The notes under the pieces are model-generated. The model saw only the letters and a program-made list of their open reading frames with translations, made no database searches and was not told the origin of the DNA. A stretch of DNA of 64,000 bases from assembly GCA_012728125.1 (NCBI GenBank), contig JAAYFT010000127.1, positions 862-64,861 of the forward strand, in the 5' to 3' direction. The translations under genes were made by a program, and so were the position numbers. The stretch's first letter is position 1. Every line of letters starts with the position of its first letter. Of the stretch, positions 1 through 10,535 are shown one piece after another. The stretch comes from Tissierellia bacterium. Lineage in GTDB: Bacteria > Bacillota > Clostridia > Tissierellales > Tissierellaceae.

Positions 1-234
1 GCTGAAGATGGGCCTGAAGAGGACAAGCCAATAAAGCTAGTTGTAAAAAAGGGTGAAAAATTAAGTGATATAGCCAACAATTTATTAGATTTAGGACTAA
101 TAGATAGCGTTGAAGAATTTAAGGAATATGCAAGATCCAATGGTTATTCACGTATACTACGATATGGAGTATATGAAATAAAGAAAAACACTAGCTACAG
201 TGATATAATAAGGATTTTAACAAGCCATGAATAA
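1..234 (+). CDS. 3' end of a CDS truncated by the window edge; tentatively a YceG/MltG-like domain protein
   Basis: Frame 1 is open from base 1 to TAA at 232-234. The tail KLVVKKGEKLSDIANNLLDLGLIDSVEEFKEYARSNGYSRILRYGVYEIKKNTSYSDIIRILTSHE resembles the small N-terminal lobe of YceG/MltG proteins (by eye only). Confidence 0.35.
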   Translation, partial: AEDGPEEDKPIKLVVKKGEKLSDIANNLLDLGLIDSVEEFKEYARSNGYSRILRYGVYEIKKNTSYSDIIRILTSHE

Positions 235-397
235 ATGTTAAAATTTTGTAGAAAAGCTATTATTTTTTCTTAATCTTTTATGGTGAAAAATGTAGTATAA
301 TAAATAAAACTGTCAAATTATTTTATTTTTATTTTATAATGTTTATGTTTAATTTATATTATGTTTGTCAACAATTCCTAGAAAAGGAGGTATAGGT

Positions 398-1132
398 ATG
401 GGAGTAGCAAAAAAAGGTGCATTTAATATTTATAATGGTTTAATACATAAATTTCTATATAAAAATGATATTAACTCCATACATATCCTCCTAAATTTAT
501 TTGATATAGAAGACAATATTAAAAATATATGTCCTAAATACATATCTACATACCATATTAAAAAACATATTAGCAGGCGGTTGAAACAAAAAAATAATAA
601 CCATTTAATTAGTCTAAATCTTGGACAACTAATTCATGAAGATATTCATAGGCTAGAGCTTTATATTTATCTAGAAGGATATAGAAATGGCTACTTTAAT
701 AATAATTGGGCAAATGTTTTAGAAAAGGTGGCTCTAGAGAATATACCTTTAGATGACTTATATAAGAAAAATTATCTTTATCATTTTGATTTAAATAATA
801 AACAGGCAAAAAGAATTCGGGAATTAATAGAACAAAAACTAGACGAGATAGAGAATAAAAGTAAAGATCTTCAAAATCATATTATAAAATACTGCGAAAA
901 TATATTAAAAGGTAAAATATTGAGTTTAAACAGGTATTTAGATAAACAGCTTACTATAGATTACAATTTAAAAACTTATAGCATAAAAGAAGACTATAGT
1001 TTATTGACATTGGAAGAACTAAATTATATATATAATGAAGTAGTCAAGGTGGTTCTCAAAAGTGGATTTAAACTTTATAAAGAAGCTTATTGGTATGGCC
1101 TAAATGATAGGGTCTTGAAAAGATATAGATGA
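398..1132 (+). CDS. hypothetical protein (244 aa), no family recognised
   Basis: Long ORF. ATG at 398 lies 7 nt after AAAGGAGG (383-390); the ORF-track TTG at 365 has no SD. Lys/Asn/Tyr-rich with no TM segment. The motif LY-x-YLEGYRNGY recurs as LYKEAYWYGLND near the C-terminus. Confidence 0.7.
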   Translation: MGVAKKGAFNIYNGLIHKFLYKNDINSIHILLNLFDIEDNIKNICPKYISTYHIKKHISRRLKQKNNNHLISLNLGQLIHEDIHRLELYIYLEGYRNGYFNNNWANVLEKVALENIPLDDLYKKNYLYHFDLNNKQAKRIRELIEQKLDEIENKSKDLQNHIIKYCENILKGKILSLNRYLDKQLTIDYNLKTYSIKEDYSLLTLEELNYIYNEVVKVVLKSGFKLYKEAYWYGLNDRVLKRYR

Positions 1133-1252
1133 TTTAAGTTTTTTCTTGATTACAAGCTTACATTAACTAAAAAAGTTATAAGTATGTAGTTTTGGGGAAT
1201 TATACTACTTTAATTATTAAAAAACGTATAAAAAATGGAAATTTGGTTAAAA

Positions 1253-1282
1253 TATCCCTCTAGATAGTATTCTGGAGGGATA
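1253..1282 (+). promoter_or_regulatory. 12-bp hairpin that contains the Shine-Dalgarno of the downstream bofC-like gene
   Basis: TATCCCTCTAGA (1253-1264) pairs with TCTGGAGGGATA (1271-1282): 11 Watson-Crick pairs plus one G-U, with a 6-nt loop. GGAGGG (1274-1279) is the SD for ATG 1286. Confidence 0.5.
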
Positions 1283-1285
1283 TTT

Positions 1286-1876
1286 ATGAAAAAAAATAAA
1301 TTTTTACCAGTTTTTATTTTCTCATCAATCTTGTTTTTAACTAGTTTTATTTTAGGTTACCAGATAATAGGAAGAAAAATTGAACAAAGTAGAATCAGCC
1401 AACTAGACAAGGAAATTGATCTAGAGATGGACGAGGATTTTGAAATCCTAAAAGAAGAAATAAGAATTTCTCCAAACACACTTATGGAAGAAAGGATATA
1501 CTATACTACTTGTGACCATGTAATAACTAAGTCAAATCCAGTAAATTCTGACTATATCAATATGACAAGAGATGAATTAACCTATTTCCTGGAAGACAAC
1601 CATCCAGATAGAAAACTAATATCATTCTCTGCAAATAAGATAACCATAGGAATCACAAAGAACCACTTATGTGAAAACCATTATATTATTGGAGAAAAGA
1701 ATGGCAAGATTGCCATATTTAAAATAGGGGAATCTGGGGAGAAAATCCTAGAGACAATATTTGAAGATTATCCTATTTCCCTATTAATGGAGATTGATCA
1801 GGAAAAATTAATCGAAGGAATTAGAGTTGATAGTGAAGAGGAACTAACAGAAATACTTGAAAACTTTATTAGTTAA
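1286..1876 (+). CDS. BofC C-terminal-domain-like protein (bypass-of-forespore C family), N-terminal membrane anchor
   Basis: N-terminal TM or signal anchor. The C-terminal HYIIGEKNGKIAIFKIGESGEKILETIFEDYPISLLMEIDQEKLIEGIRVDSEEELTEILENF follows the BofC pattern GYIGV-DNG-I-F...IDL..L....LL.GI...... It sits directly upstream of ruv genes, as bofC does in B. subtilis. Confidence 0.6.
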   Translation: MKKNKFLPVFIFSSILFLTSFILGYQIIGRKIEQSRISQLDKEIDLEMDEDFEILKEEIRISPNTLMEERIYYTTCDHVITKSNPVNSDYINMTRDELTYFLEDNHPDRKLISFSANKITIGITKNHLCENHYIIGEKNGKIAIFKIGESGEKILETIFEDYPISLLMEIDQEKLIEGIRVDSEEELTEILENFIS

Positions 1877-1952
1877 CTGAGTTAGGATATCTAACTTAGT
1901 TTTTTGTTTGAAATATATTATAATAGAGGTTATACTAGAAAGGGGGACAAGT

Positions 1953-2447
1953 ATGATTATTTTAGGAATAGACCCAGGAATTGCCATAGTAGGATATAGT
2001 ATATTAGAGGTAAATGGAAATAAATTAAAAGCTATAGATTATGGTTGTATAAGAACAGATGCAAGTAAAACTTTTCCTGAAAGGATAAAAATAATATACG
2101 ATAGATTAATAGAATTAATTGATGAATATAAGCCTGTTGATTTGGCAGTAGAAGAATTATTTTTTAATAAAAATGTTAAAACTGCTATTTTAGTTGGACA
2201 GGCTAGGGGTGTAGAAATATTAGCAGCTGTTAACAAGGGTCTAGAAGTTTATGAGTACACACCTCTGCAAATTAAACAGGCTGTAGTAGGCTATGGAAGG
2301 GCTGAAAAAGAACAGGTACAGGAAATGGTAAGAGTATTACTTAACTTAAAAGAGAAACCTAAACCTGATGATGTAGCGGATGCCTTGGCAGTAGCCATAT
2401 GCCATGGACTGTCATTGAAATTCAAAGATAACTTTAAAATGAAATAA
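1953..2447 (+). CDS. ruvC: crossover junction endodeoxyribonuclease RuvC
   Basis: MIILGIDPGIAIVGYSILE..., ...DLAVEELFFNKNVKTA..., ...DVADALAVAICH are canonical RuvC motifs. ATG 1953 follows AAAGGGGGA; the ORF-track start at 1908 adds 15 non-conserved residues. Confidence 0.92.
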   Translation: MIILGIDPGIAIVGYSILEVNGNKLKAIDYGCIRTDASKTFPERIKIIYDRLIELIDEYKPVDLAVEELFFNKNVKTAILVGQARGVEILAAVNKGLEVYEYTPLQIKQAVVGYGRAEKEQVQEMVRVLLNLKEKPKPDDVADALAVAICHGLSLKFKDNFKMK

Positions 2448-2450
2448 AGG

Positions 2451-3053
2451 GTGAAGACATTGTTTGAGTTTATTATTGGCGATGTAGTAAACATTAAAGA
2501 GGATTATGTAGTATTACAGAATAATAATATCGGTTATAAAATTCATACTTCCTCAAAATCTATGGCAGATGTTGAATACGGTATGAAAAATATTGTTTTC
2601 TATACATATTTAAATGTTAGGGAAGATGGCTTATATCTATATGGTTTTACTTCTGAAGATGAACTTGATATGTTCAGGCTTTTATTATTGGTATCAAAAA
2701 TAGGACCCAAAATCGCTTTAGGAATACTATCTACCCTTACAACTTATCAAATAAAGAAGGCTATTATAAGTAGGGATATTGAAATTCTTTGTAAGGCTCC
2801 TGGCATAGGAAAGAAAACTGCAGAGAGAATCATAGTAGAGTTAAAGGATAAAATTGATAAAAATATAGAAATCGAAGATATGGCGGATATAGCTGATAGC
2901 AACCCTAACACCTATCTTGAAGCGTTAAATGGACTAATGTCACTAGGCTATACAAAGTTAGAGGTTGAAAAGGTAATTAAAAATATTGATATTTCTAAAT
3001 TAAATGTGGAAGATATTATAAGGGAAGCACTAAAGAGATTATCAAAAAATTAA
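2451..3053 (+). CDS. ruvA: Holliday junction branch migration complex subunit RuvA
   Basis: OB-fold N-terminus (FEFIIGDV...GYKIH) and HhH motifs (ISKIGPKIALGIL, APGIGKKTAERIIVELKDK). The start could also be TTG 2460. Confidence 0.93.
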   Translation: MKTLFEFIIGDVVNIKEDYVVLQNNNIGYKIHTSSKSMADVEYGMKNIVFYTYLNVREDGLYLYGFTSEDELDMFRLLLLVSKIGPKIALGILSTLTTYQIKKAIISRDIEILCKAPGIGKKTAERIIVELKDKIDKNIEIEDMADIADSNPNTYLEALNGLMSLGYTKLEVEKVIKNIDISKLNVEDIIREALKRLSKN

Positions 3054-3067
3054 GAGGGTGTTAATTA

Positions 3068-4081
3068 ATGGAAAACTATGACGATAGAATAGTCTCTAGG
3101 GAAACTAGAGATGAAGATTTAGAAAGTGAGCCAACTCTTAGGCCAAAATGGCTAAGTGAGTACATAGGTCAAGAAAAAGTCAAAGAAAAATTAAGCATAT
3201 TTATACAAGCTGCCAAGGGAAGAAAGGAAGCCTTAGACCATGTTCTCTTATATGGGCCTCCTGGGTTAGGCAAGACCACCTTAGCCAATATAATAGCTAA
3301 TGAAATGGGAGTTAATATTAGAATTACGTCTGGACCAGCCATTGAAAGGCCTGGAGATTTAGCTAGTATATTAACCAATCTTGGTGAAGATGATGTGTTA
3401 TTTATAGATGAAATCCATCGTATCAATAGGACTGTAGAGGAAATTTTATATCCTGCTATGGAAGATTTTGCCTTAGATATTATTATAGGAAAAGGACCTT
3501 CTGCCAGGTCAATAAGGCTTGATTTGTCTAAATTCACTTTAATTGGTGCAACAACAAGGGCAGGACTACTAACATCTCCCCTTAGGGATAGGTTTGGAGT
3601 AATGCTAAACTTGGAATTATATGATATAGAAAGCCTCAAGCAAATTATAAAAAGATCTGCAAATATACTAGGTATAAAAATTGAAGAAAATGCTGCCATA
3701 GAGGTAGCCAAAAGATCTAGAGGTACACCTAGAATAGCCAATAGACTTTTAAAAAGAGTCAGAGACTATGCTCAAGTTTTGGGACAAGGTGTTATAACTT
3801 GGGAAATGGCTAAAAAAGGCTTAGAAATTTTAGAAATTGATGATTTAGGTTTAGATAATGTAGATAGAAAATTAATAATGAATATTATTGAAAACTTTGA
3901 TGGTGGCCCAGTAGGCATAGATACTCTAGCTGCTGCTACTGGAGAAGAAAGGGGAACTATTGAGGATGTTTATGAGCCTTATTTGTTGCAAATTGGTTTT
4001 ATCAATAGGACTCCAAGGGGAAGAATTGTAACTAAGAAAGCCTATGAACATTTTAAAATTCCACATACTGATAAATCATAG
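3068..4081 (+). CDS. ruvB: Holliday junction branch migration DNA helicase RuvB
   Basis: [19 protein letters not shown], Walker [12 protein letters not shown], Walker [42 protein letters not shown]. Confidence 0.98.
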   Translation: MENYDDRIVSRETRDEDLESEPTLRPKWLSEYIGQEKVKEKLSIFIQAAKGRKEALDHVLLYGPPGLGKTTLANIIANEMGVNIRITSGPAIERPGDLASILTNLGEDDVLFIDEIHRINRTVEEILYPAMEDFALDIIIGKGPSARSIRLDLSKFTLIGATTRAGLLTSPLRDRFGVMLNLELYDIESLKQIIKRSANILGIKIEENAAIEVAKRSRGTPRIANRLLKRVRDYAQVLGQGVITWEMAKKGLEILEIDDLGLDNVDRKLIMNIIENFDGGPVGIDTLAAATGEERGTIEDVYEPYLLQIGFINRTPRGRIVTKKAYEHFKIPHTDKS

Positions 4082-4093
4082 GAGGGCAAACTT

Positions 4094-5445
4094 ATGAAAA
4101 GGCTAATTAGTATACTTATAATTTTTATACTCACTTTAGGATTTATTCCCGTAGATAAGGCTTATGGAGAAACTATTGACTACTATATAGATGTAAAATT
4201 AACTAGGCCATTAGTACAAAATGATTATGTTAATTTAACTAGTACAAATGGTTTTATTATCTATGACAAAGAAGATAAAGAAAATCCCTTATTTTCTATT
4301 GAAGATACATCTATTAAAGCTATGCCCAATAATGGACATATAGATTTAATGGACTCTGCAAATAATATTTTATATTCTTTACCTAGCGATGGAAGCTTAA
4401 TTATAGGCCCCAATAATTTAGAAGAACCAATAATTACAGTTGAAAAAGATTCTTATAGGGGGTATATAAGATTATTTATTAATGACGGTGAACTTATAGT
4501 TATAAATCATGTTTATTTAGAAGATTACTTATATGGTGTAGTACCAAGGGAAATGTCTTATACTTCACCTATGGAAGCCCTAAAGGCCCAAGCAGTTGCT
4601 TCTAGGTCTTTTGCTATGCATAATATAAATAAACATGCTCAAGAAGGATTTAACCTATGTGATACTACCCATTGTCAAGCATATGCTGGTTACATATACG
4701 AAAGATCAAGTACAAATCAAGCAGTAGATGAAACTATGGGTGTCTTAATTTATTATGAGGGAGAAGTCATAGAGGCTATATATCATTCTACAAGTAGTGG
4801 ATATACAGAGGATAGTTCAAATGTTTGGGGTGGTAGTATTCCATACCTAAAATCTGTAGAAGACCATTTTTCATTGGATTCTCCTCATAATAACTGGAGT
4901 TTTAGTATTAAACTATCAGATTTAAATGAAAAAATAATAGGAGCAGGAATAAATATTGGAGAATTGCAAAACATTGAAATTATAGAGACCACATCTACTA
5001 ACAAGGTGAAAAATGTAAAACTAATAGGAAGTCTTGGAGAAGAAATAATTACAGGAGAAAGGTTTAGAAATATTATAGGTACTACAACTTTAAAAAGTGC
5101 CTGGTTTCGTATAAAGGATAGTACTTCAAATACAGTAAATTATGCTTATGTATTAGATGGTAACTCATTAGAACCAAAAGTTATAGATATTAGCAAAGCC
5201 CAAATTATTGATGGCAATAATAGAAGAACTGTTACTAGAAGTGCAGTTGTTAGGGCAACAGGGAATGACAGAATAAGAAATTTTCAACAAAGATCTTTAA
5301 TTTCAGGAGAAGAACTGGTAATTGAAGGTAGTGGATATGGCCATGGAGTTGGAATGAGCCAATATGGTGCAAAAAAGATGGCAGAATATGGTTATACTTT
5401 TGAAGAAATATTAAAATATTATTATACAGGAGTAGATGTTTTCTA

Positions 5446-5446
<1 letters not shown>
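4094..5446 (+). CDS. SpoIID/LytB domain-containing protein (stage II sporulation protein D-like)
   Basis: Signal peptide. The conserved block [33 protein letters not shown]...[11 protein letters not shown]...[17 protein letters not shown] is typical of SpoIID/LytB, and a C-terminal [13 protein letters not shown] motif is present. Confidence 0.85.
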
Positions 5447-7609
<2,163 letters not shown>

Positions 7610-7662
7610 ATGATTTATTTTAAAAATCATATATAATATTATTTAGAAAAGGAGGTAGTTGT

Positions 7663-8010
7663 ATGAATGCACAACAATTTCAACCATTAATTATAACAAT
7701 AGGATTTTTGGCTATTTTTTATTTCTTAGTTATTAGACCTCAAAAGAAAAAAGAGGCTCAAATCAATGAAATGAGGAGCAAGCTTGGAGTAGGGGATGAA
7801 GTAATTACGATAGGTGGAATTCGTGGTAAAATCATCAAAGCTAAGGATGATTATATTACCCTTGAAGTAGGTAGTGCTAAGACAAAATTAGAAATGACAA
7901 GATGGGCCGTTGGCTCAGTAGTTAAGAAAAATGAGTCTAAGAACAAGAAAGATGAAAGCAAAGTTGAAGACTCAAAAACTGAAGAAGATAATAATGAAGG
8001 TGATAAATAG
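7663..8010 (+). CDS. yajC: preprotein translocase subunit YajC
   Basis: Single TM followed by IRPQKKKEAQINEMRSKLGVGDEVITIGGIRGKI, the YajC signature, plus an acidic/lysine tail. It follows tgt as in Bacillus. Confidence 0.9.
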   Translation: MNAQQFQPLIITIGFLAIFYFLVIRPQKKKEAQINEMRSKLGVGDEVITIGGIRGKIIKAKDDYITLEVGSAKTKLEMTRWAVGSVVKKNESKNKKDESKVEDSKTEEDNNEGDK

Positions 8011-8037
8011 CTTCCAGATATAATGGAAGCTTTTTTA
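8009..8037 (+). terminator. intrinsic terminator after yajC
   Basis: AGCTTCCA (8009-8016) / TGGAAGCT (8024-8031) stem followed by a T6 run. Confidence 0.75.
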
Positions 8038-8103
8038 TGTAATAAATATGAACTTCCTCAAATAAATTAAACTAAGGAAGTATAAGTTTGAGGAGGGAAT
8101 TAA

Positions 8104-8481
8104 ATGAAAACAAAAAGTTTAGGTAAAATCACATATTTATTAAAAGGTTTGGTATTAGCATTTATTATCACAGCAATATTAATCCTTATTTCTTCAATTC
8201 TGTTAACCTATACTAACCTTAGCGAAAGTAAAATGAATCTATTAAATACTATAGTTATGATTATCAGCATTACTGCTGGAAGTGCCTATGTAGCTGTTAT
8301 GGTGAAAGAAAAAGGATGGATAAACGGAGGATTGTTAGGCCTTTGCTATTATTTGATACTACTCTTAATAAACATCCTTTTTTTGAAACCTTTAGTAGTA
8401 GATGTATACTTATTTTCAAGATTGATTATATCCATAGTTATGGGAATAATAGGGGGGATAATAGGAATAAATATGGCCTAA
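8104..8481 (+). CDS. small multi-pass membrane protein, YrzE/TIGR04086-like
   Basis: 125 aa with four hydrophobic segments. Position after yajC matches B. subtilis yrzE. SD GAGGAGGG lies upstream. Confidence 0.7.
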   Translation: MKTKSLGKITYLLKGLVLAFIITAILILISSILLTYTNLSESKMNLLNTIVMIISITAGSAYVAVMVKEKGWINGGLLGLCYYLILLLINILFLKPLVVDVYLFSRLIISIVMGIIGGIIGINMA

Positions 8482-8529
8482 AATCTTTTCTCTTAATTGA
8501 TAATGTGATATAATCAAATAAATTTAGTT

Positions 8530-8556
8530 AGATGGTGGTTTACCACCATCTTTTAT
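8530..8556 (+). terminator. intrinsic terminator
   Basis: AGATGGTGG (8530-8538) / CCACCATCT (8543-8551), 4-nt loop, T-run. Confidence 0.75.
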
Positions 8557-8678
8557 TTAGTAAGCACATCATACAAAAAAACAATAAAATTGTAACAAAA
8601 ACTAGAATTATATCAAATAAAATGGTAGAATTTAAATACTAATTAGTGAGTCTAAATATATGCAATGGAGTGAAGCTG

Positions 8679-10454
8679 TTGGAGAAATGGTTTATTAAAA
8701 ACAGAAAAGGTGATTATAGAAGTATATCAAAGACGTTTAGGATATCTGAATTCTTGGCAAAATTATTAGTAAATAGAGGTATAACAGATTATGTAACAAT
8801 AGATAATTTTTTAAATCCCAATTTAGATAAATTACATAACCCTTCTTTGATGAAGGACTTAAATATAGGCGCTGATATAATAAAGGATAAAATTCTTAAC
8901 AAGAAAAAAATTAGAATAGTTGGAGATTTCGATGTAGATGGAGTAATGTCTATTTATATCCTATACCAAGGATTAAAAAAATGTGGTGGTTTAGTTGATT
9001 ATGTAATTCCAGACAGGGTAAACGAAGGATATGGTATTAATAATCAAATAGTTGAACAAGCTAAGAAGGATGGAATAGATACTATAATTACTTGTGACAA
9101 TGGGATTGCAGCCATAGAACCTATAGAAATAGCAAAAAAATTAGGTTTAACCGTAATCGTTACTGATCATCATGATATACCTTATATGATAGATGAAAAA
9201 ACTGGAGATAAAAAAATTTTATATACAAAGGCAGATGCTGTTATAAATCCAAAACAGGAAGATTGCAATTATCCATTTAAATATCTTTGTGGTGCAGCTG
9301 TTGCCTATAAGCTAATAGAAAGACTATATTCCATATTTAATTACGAAAAAACTCTTGCATATCCCTTTATAGAATACGTAGCCATAGCTACCATTTGCGA
9401 TGTAGTTGATTTAATAGGGGAAAATAGGATTATTGTAAAAAATGGTTTAGATTTATTAAATAAGACTGAAAATATTGGATTGAAGGCCTTGATTAAGGAA
9501 ACGGGAATAGATAACAAAAAACTAGGTGTATATCATGTTGGCTTTATAATTGGGCCAAGTATCAATGCATCAGGTAGGTTAGATTCTGCAATTAAGGCCT
9601 TAGAACTCCTATTATCAACGGACGAAGAAGAAGCTAAATCTCTTGCAAGGGAGCTTAGGGAATTAAACGATGAAAGAAAAAAGCTTACTGAAGAAGGAGT
9701 AGAAAAGATAATCAATATTATAGATAGTACAGAGCTTAAAAATGATAGGGTATTAGTTATCTATGAACCTAGCATAAATGAATCAGTGGCAGGAATTATA
9801 GCAGGACGGGTTAAAGAGAGATATTATAGACCAACTATTGTATTAACTCAAGGAAAAGAGGGGGTTAAAGGCTCAGGAAGGTCTATTGAGGAATATAATA
9901 TATTTGAAGAACTTTCTAAATGCAAGGATATATTGCAGAAGTTTGGTGGACATCCAATGGCTGCAGGTTTATCTTTAGAAGAGGATAATGTATATGAACT
10001 ACGTAATAGGCTAAATGATAACGCAAGTCTGTCTAATGATGATTTGATACCTAAGGTATATATTGATATGCAACTTCCTTTAGAATATATAAGTTTTAGA
10101 TTAATTGATGAATTAAAGCTATTGGAGCCCTTTGGAAAGGGCAACGAGAAACCCATATTTGGGGAAAAAAACTTGAAATTGAGCCGTGGGTTTGTATTGG
10201 GTTCCAACAGGAATACTTTAAAACTAATACTATTAAATAACAAGGGTATAACTATGGAAGGACTAATCTTTGGAGATGTTATGAGCTTTGAAAGAAGAGT
10301 ATCTGAAATATATGGTGAAGATGAACTTCATAAGTTATATAGAGGTGTCAATAATGATATAATAATAGACATCCTCTACTATCCATCCATCAATGAATAT
10401 AATGGTAATACAAGTCTTCAATTAATTATTCAAAGCTATAGATTTAATAAGTAG
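8679..10454 (+). CDS. recJ: single-stranded-DNA-specific exonuclease RecJ
   Basis: DHH motifs (RIVGDFDVDGVMS, ITCDNG, VIVTDHH), DHHA1 motif (GGHPMAAGLSL), IGPSINASGRL. The start is uncertain: TTG 8679 lies 6 nt after GGAGTG, while the ORF-track GTG 8646 has no SD. Confidence 0.9.
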   Translation: MEKWFIKNRKGDYRSISKTFRISEFLAKLLVNRGITDYVTIDNFLNPNLDKLHNPSLMKDLNIGADIIKDKILNKKKIRIVGDFDVDGVMSIYILYQGLKKCGGLVDYVIPDRVNEGYGINNQIVEQAKKDGIDTIITCDNGIAAIEPIEIAKKLGLTVIVTDHHDIPYMIDEKTGDKKILYTKADAVINPKQEDCNYPFKYLCGAAVAYKLIERLYSIFNYEKTLAYPFIEYVAIATICDVVDLIGENRIIVKNGLDLLNKTENIGLKALIKETGIDNKKLGVYHVGFIIGPSINASGRLDSAIKALELLLSTDEEEAKSLARELRELNDERKKLTEEGVEKIINIIDSTELKNDRVLVIYEPSINESVAGIIAGRVKERYYRPTIVLTQGKEGVKGSGRSIEEYNIFEELSKCKDILQKFGGHPMAAGLSLEEDNVYELRNRLNDNASLSNDDLIPKVYIDMQLPLEYISFRLIDELKLLEPFGKGNEKPIFGEKNLKLSRGFVLGSNRNTLKLILLNNKGITMEGLIFGDVMSFERRVSEIYGEDELHKLYRGVNNDIIIDILYYPSINEYNGNTSLQLIIQSYRFNK

Positions 10455-10535
10455 GTTTCAAATTGGTAATTTGTTATTGAATTGGGTAAATATTATTAAT
10501 TAGCATTAATATTATAATTTGAAAAGGTGAATCCT

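Noticed and set aside
3169-3741. Long antisense ORFs in the track that lie entirely inside strongly recognisable genes. Examples: 3169-3741, 9848-10243, 22682-23209, 24224-24643, 25967-26353, 26405-26785, 46953-47351, 54370-54765, 57859-58305, 63108-63395 (all minus strand).
   Set aside because: Each is the mirror frame of a confidently identified housekeeping gene. They have Ser/Leu/Ile/Phe-rich low-complexity translations, no SD and no recognisable motif. Such shadow ORFs are expected opposite AT-rich, GAA/AAA-rich coding sequence.
8316-8513. 65-aa alternative-frame ORF overlapping the 3' end of the YrzE-like membrane protein gene. A similar case is 57446-57643 (minus strand) overlapping rpmB.
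   Set aside because: Both are out-of-frame overlaps with better-supported genes and have no ribosome-binding site. The rpmB frame gives a near-perfect L28 sequence.
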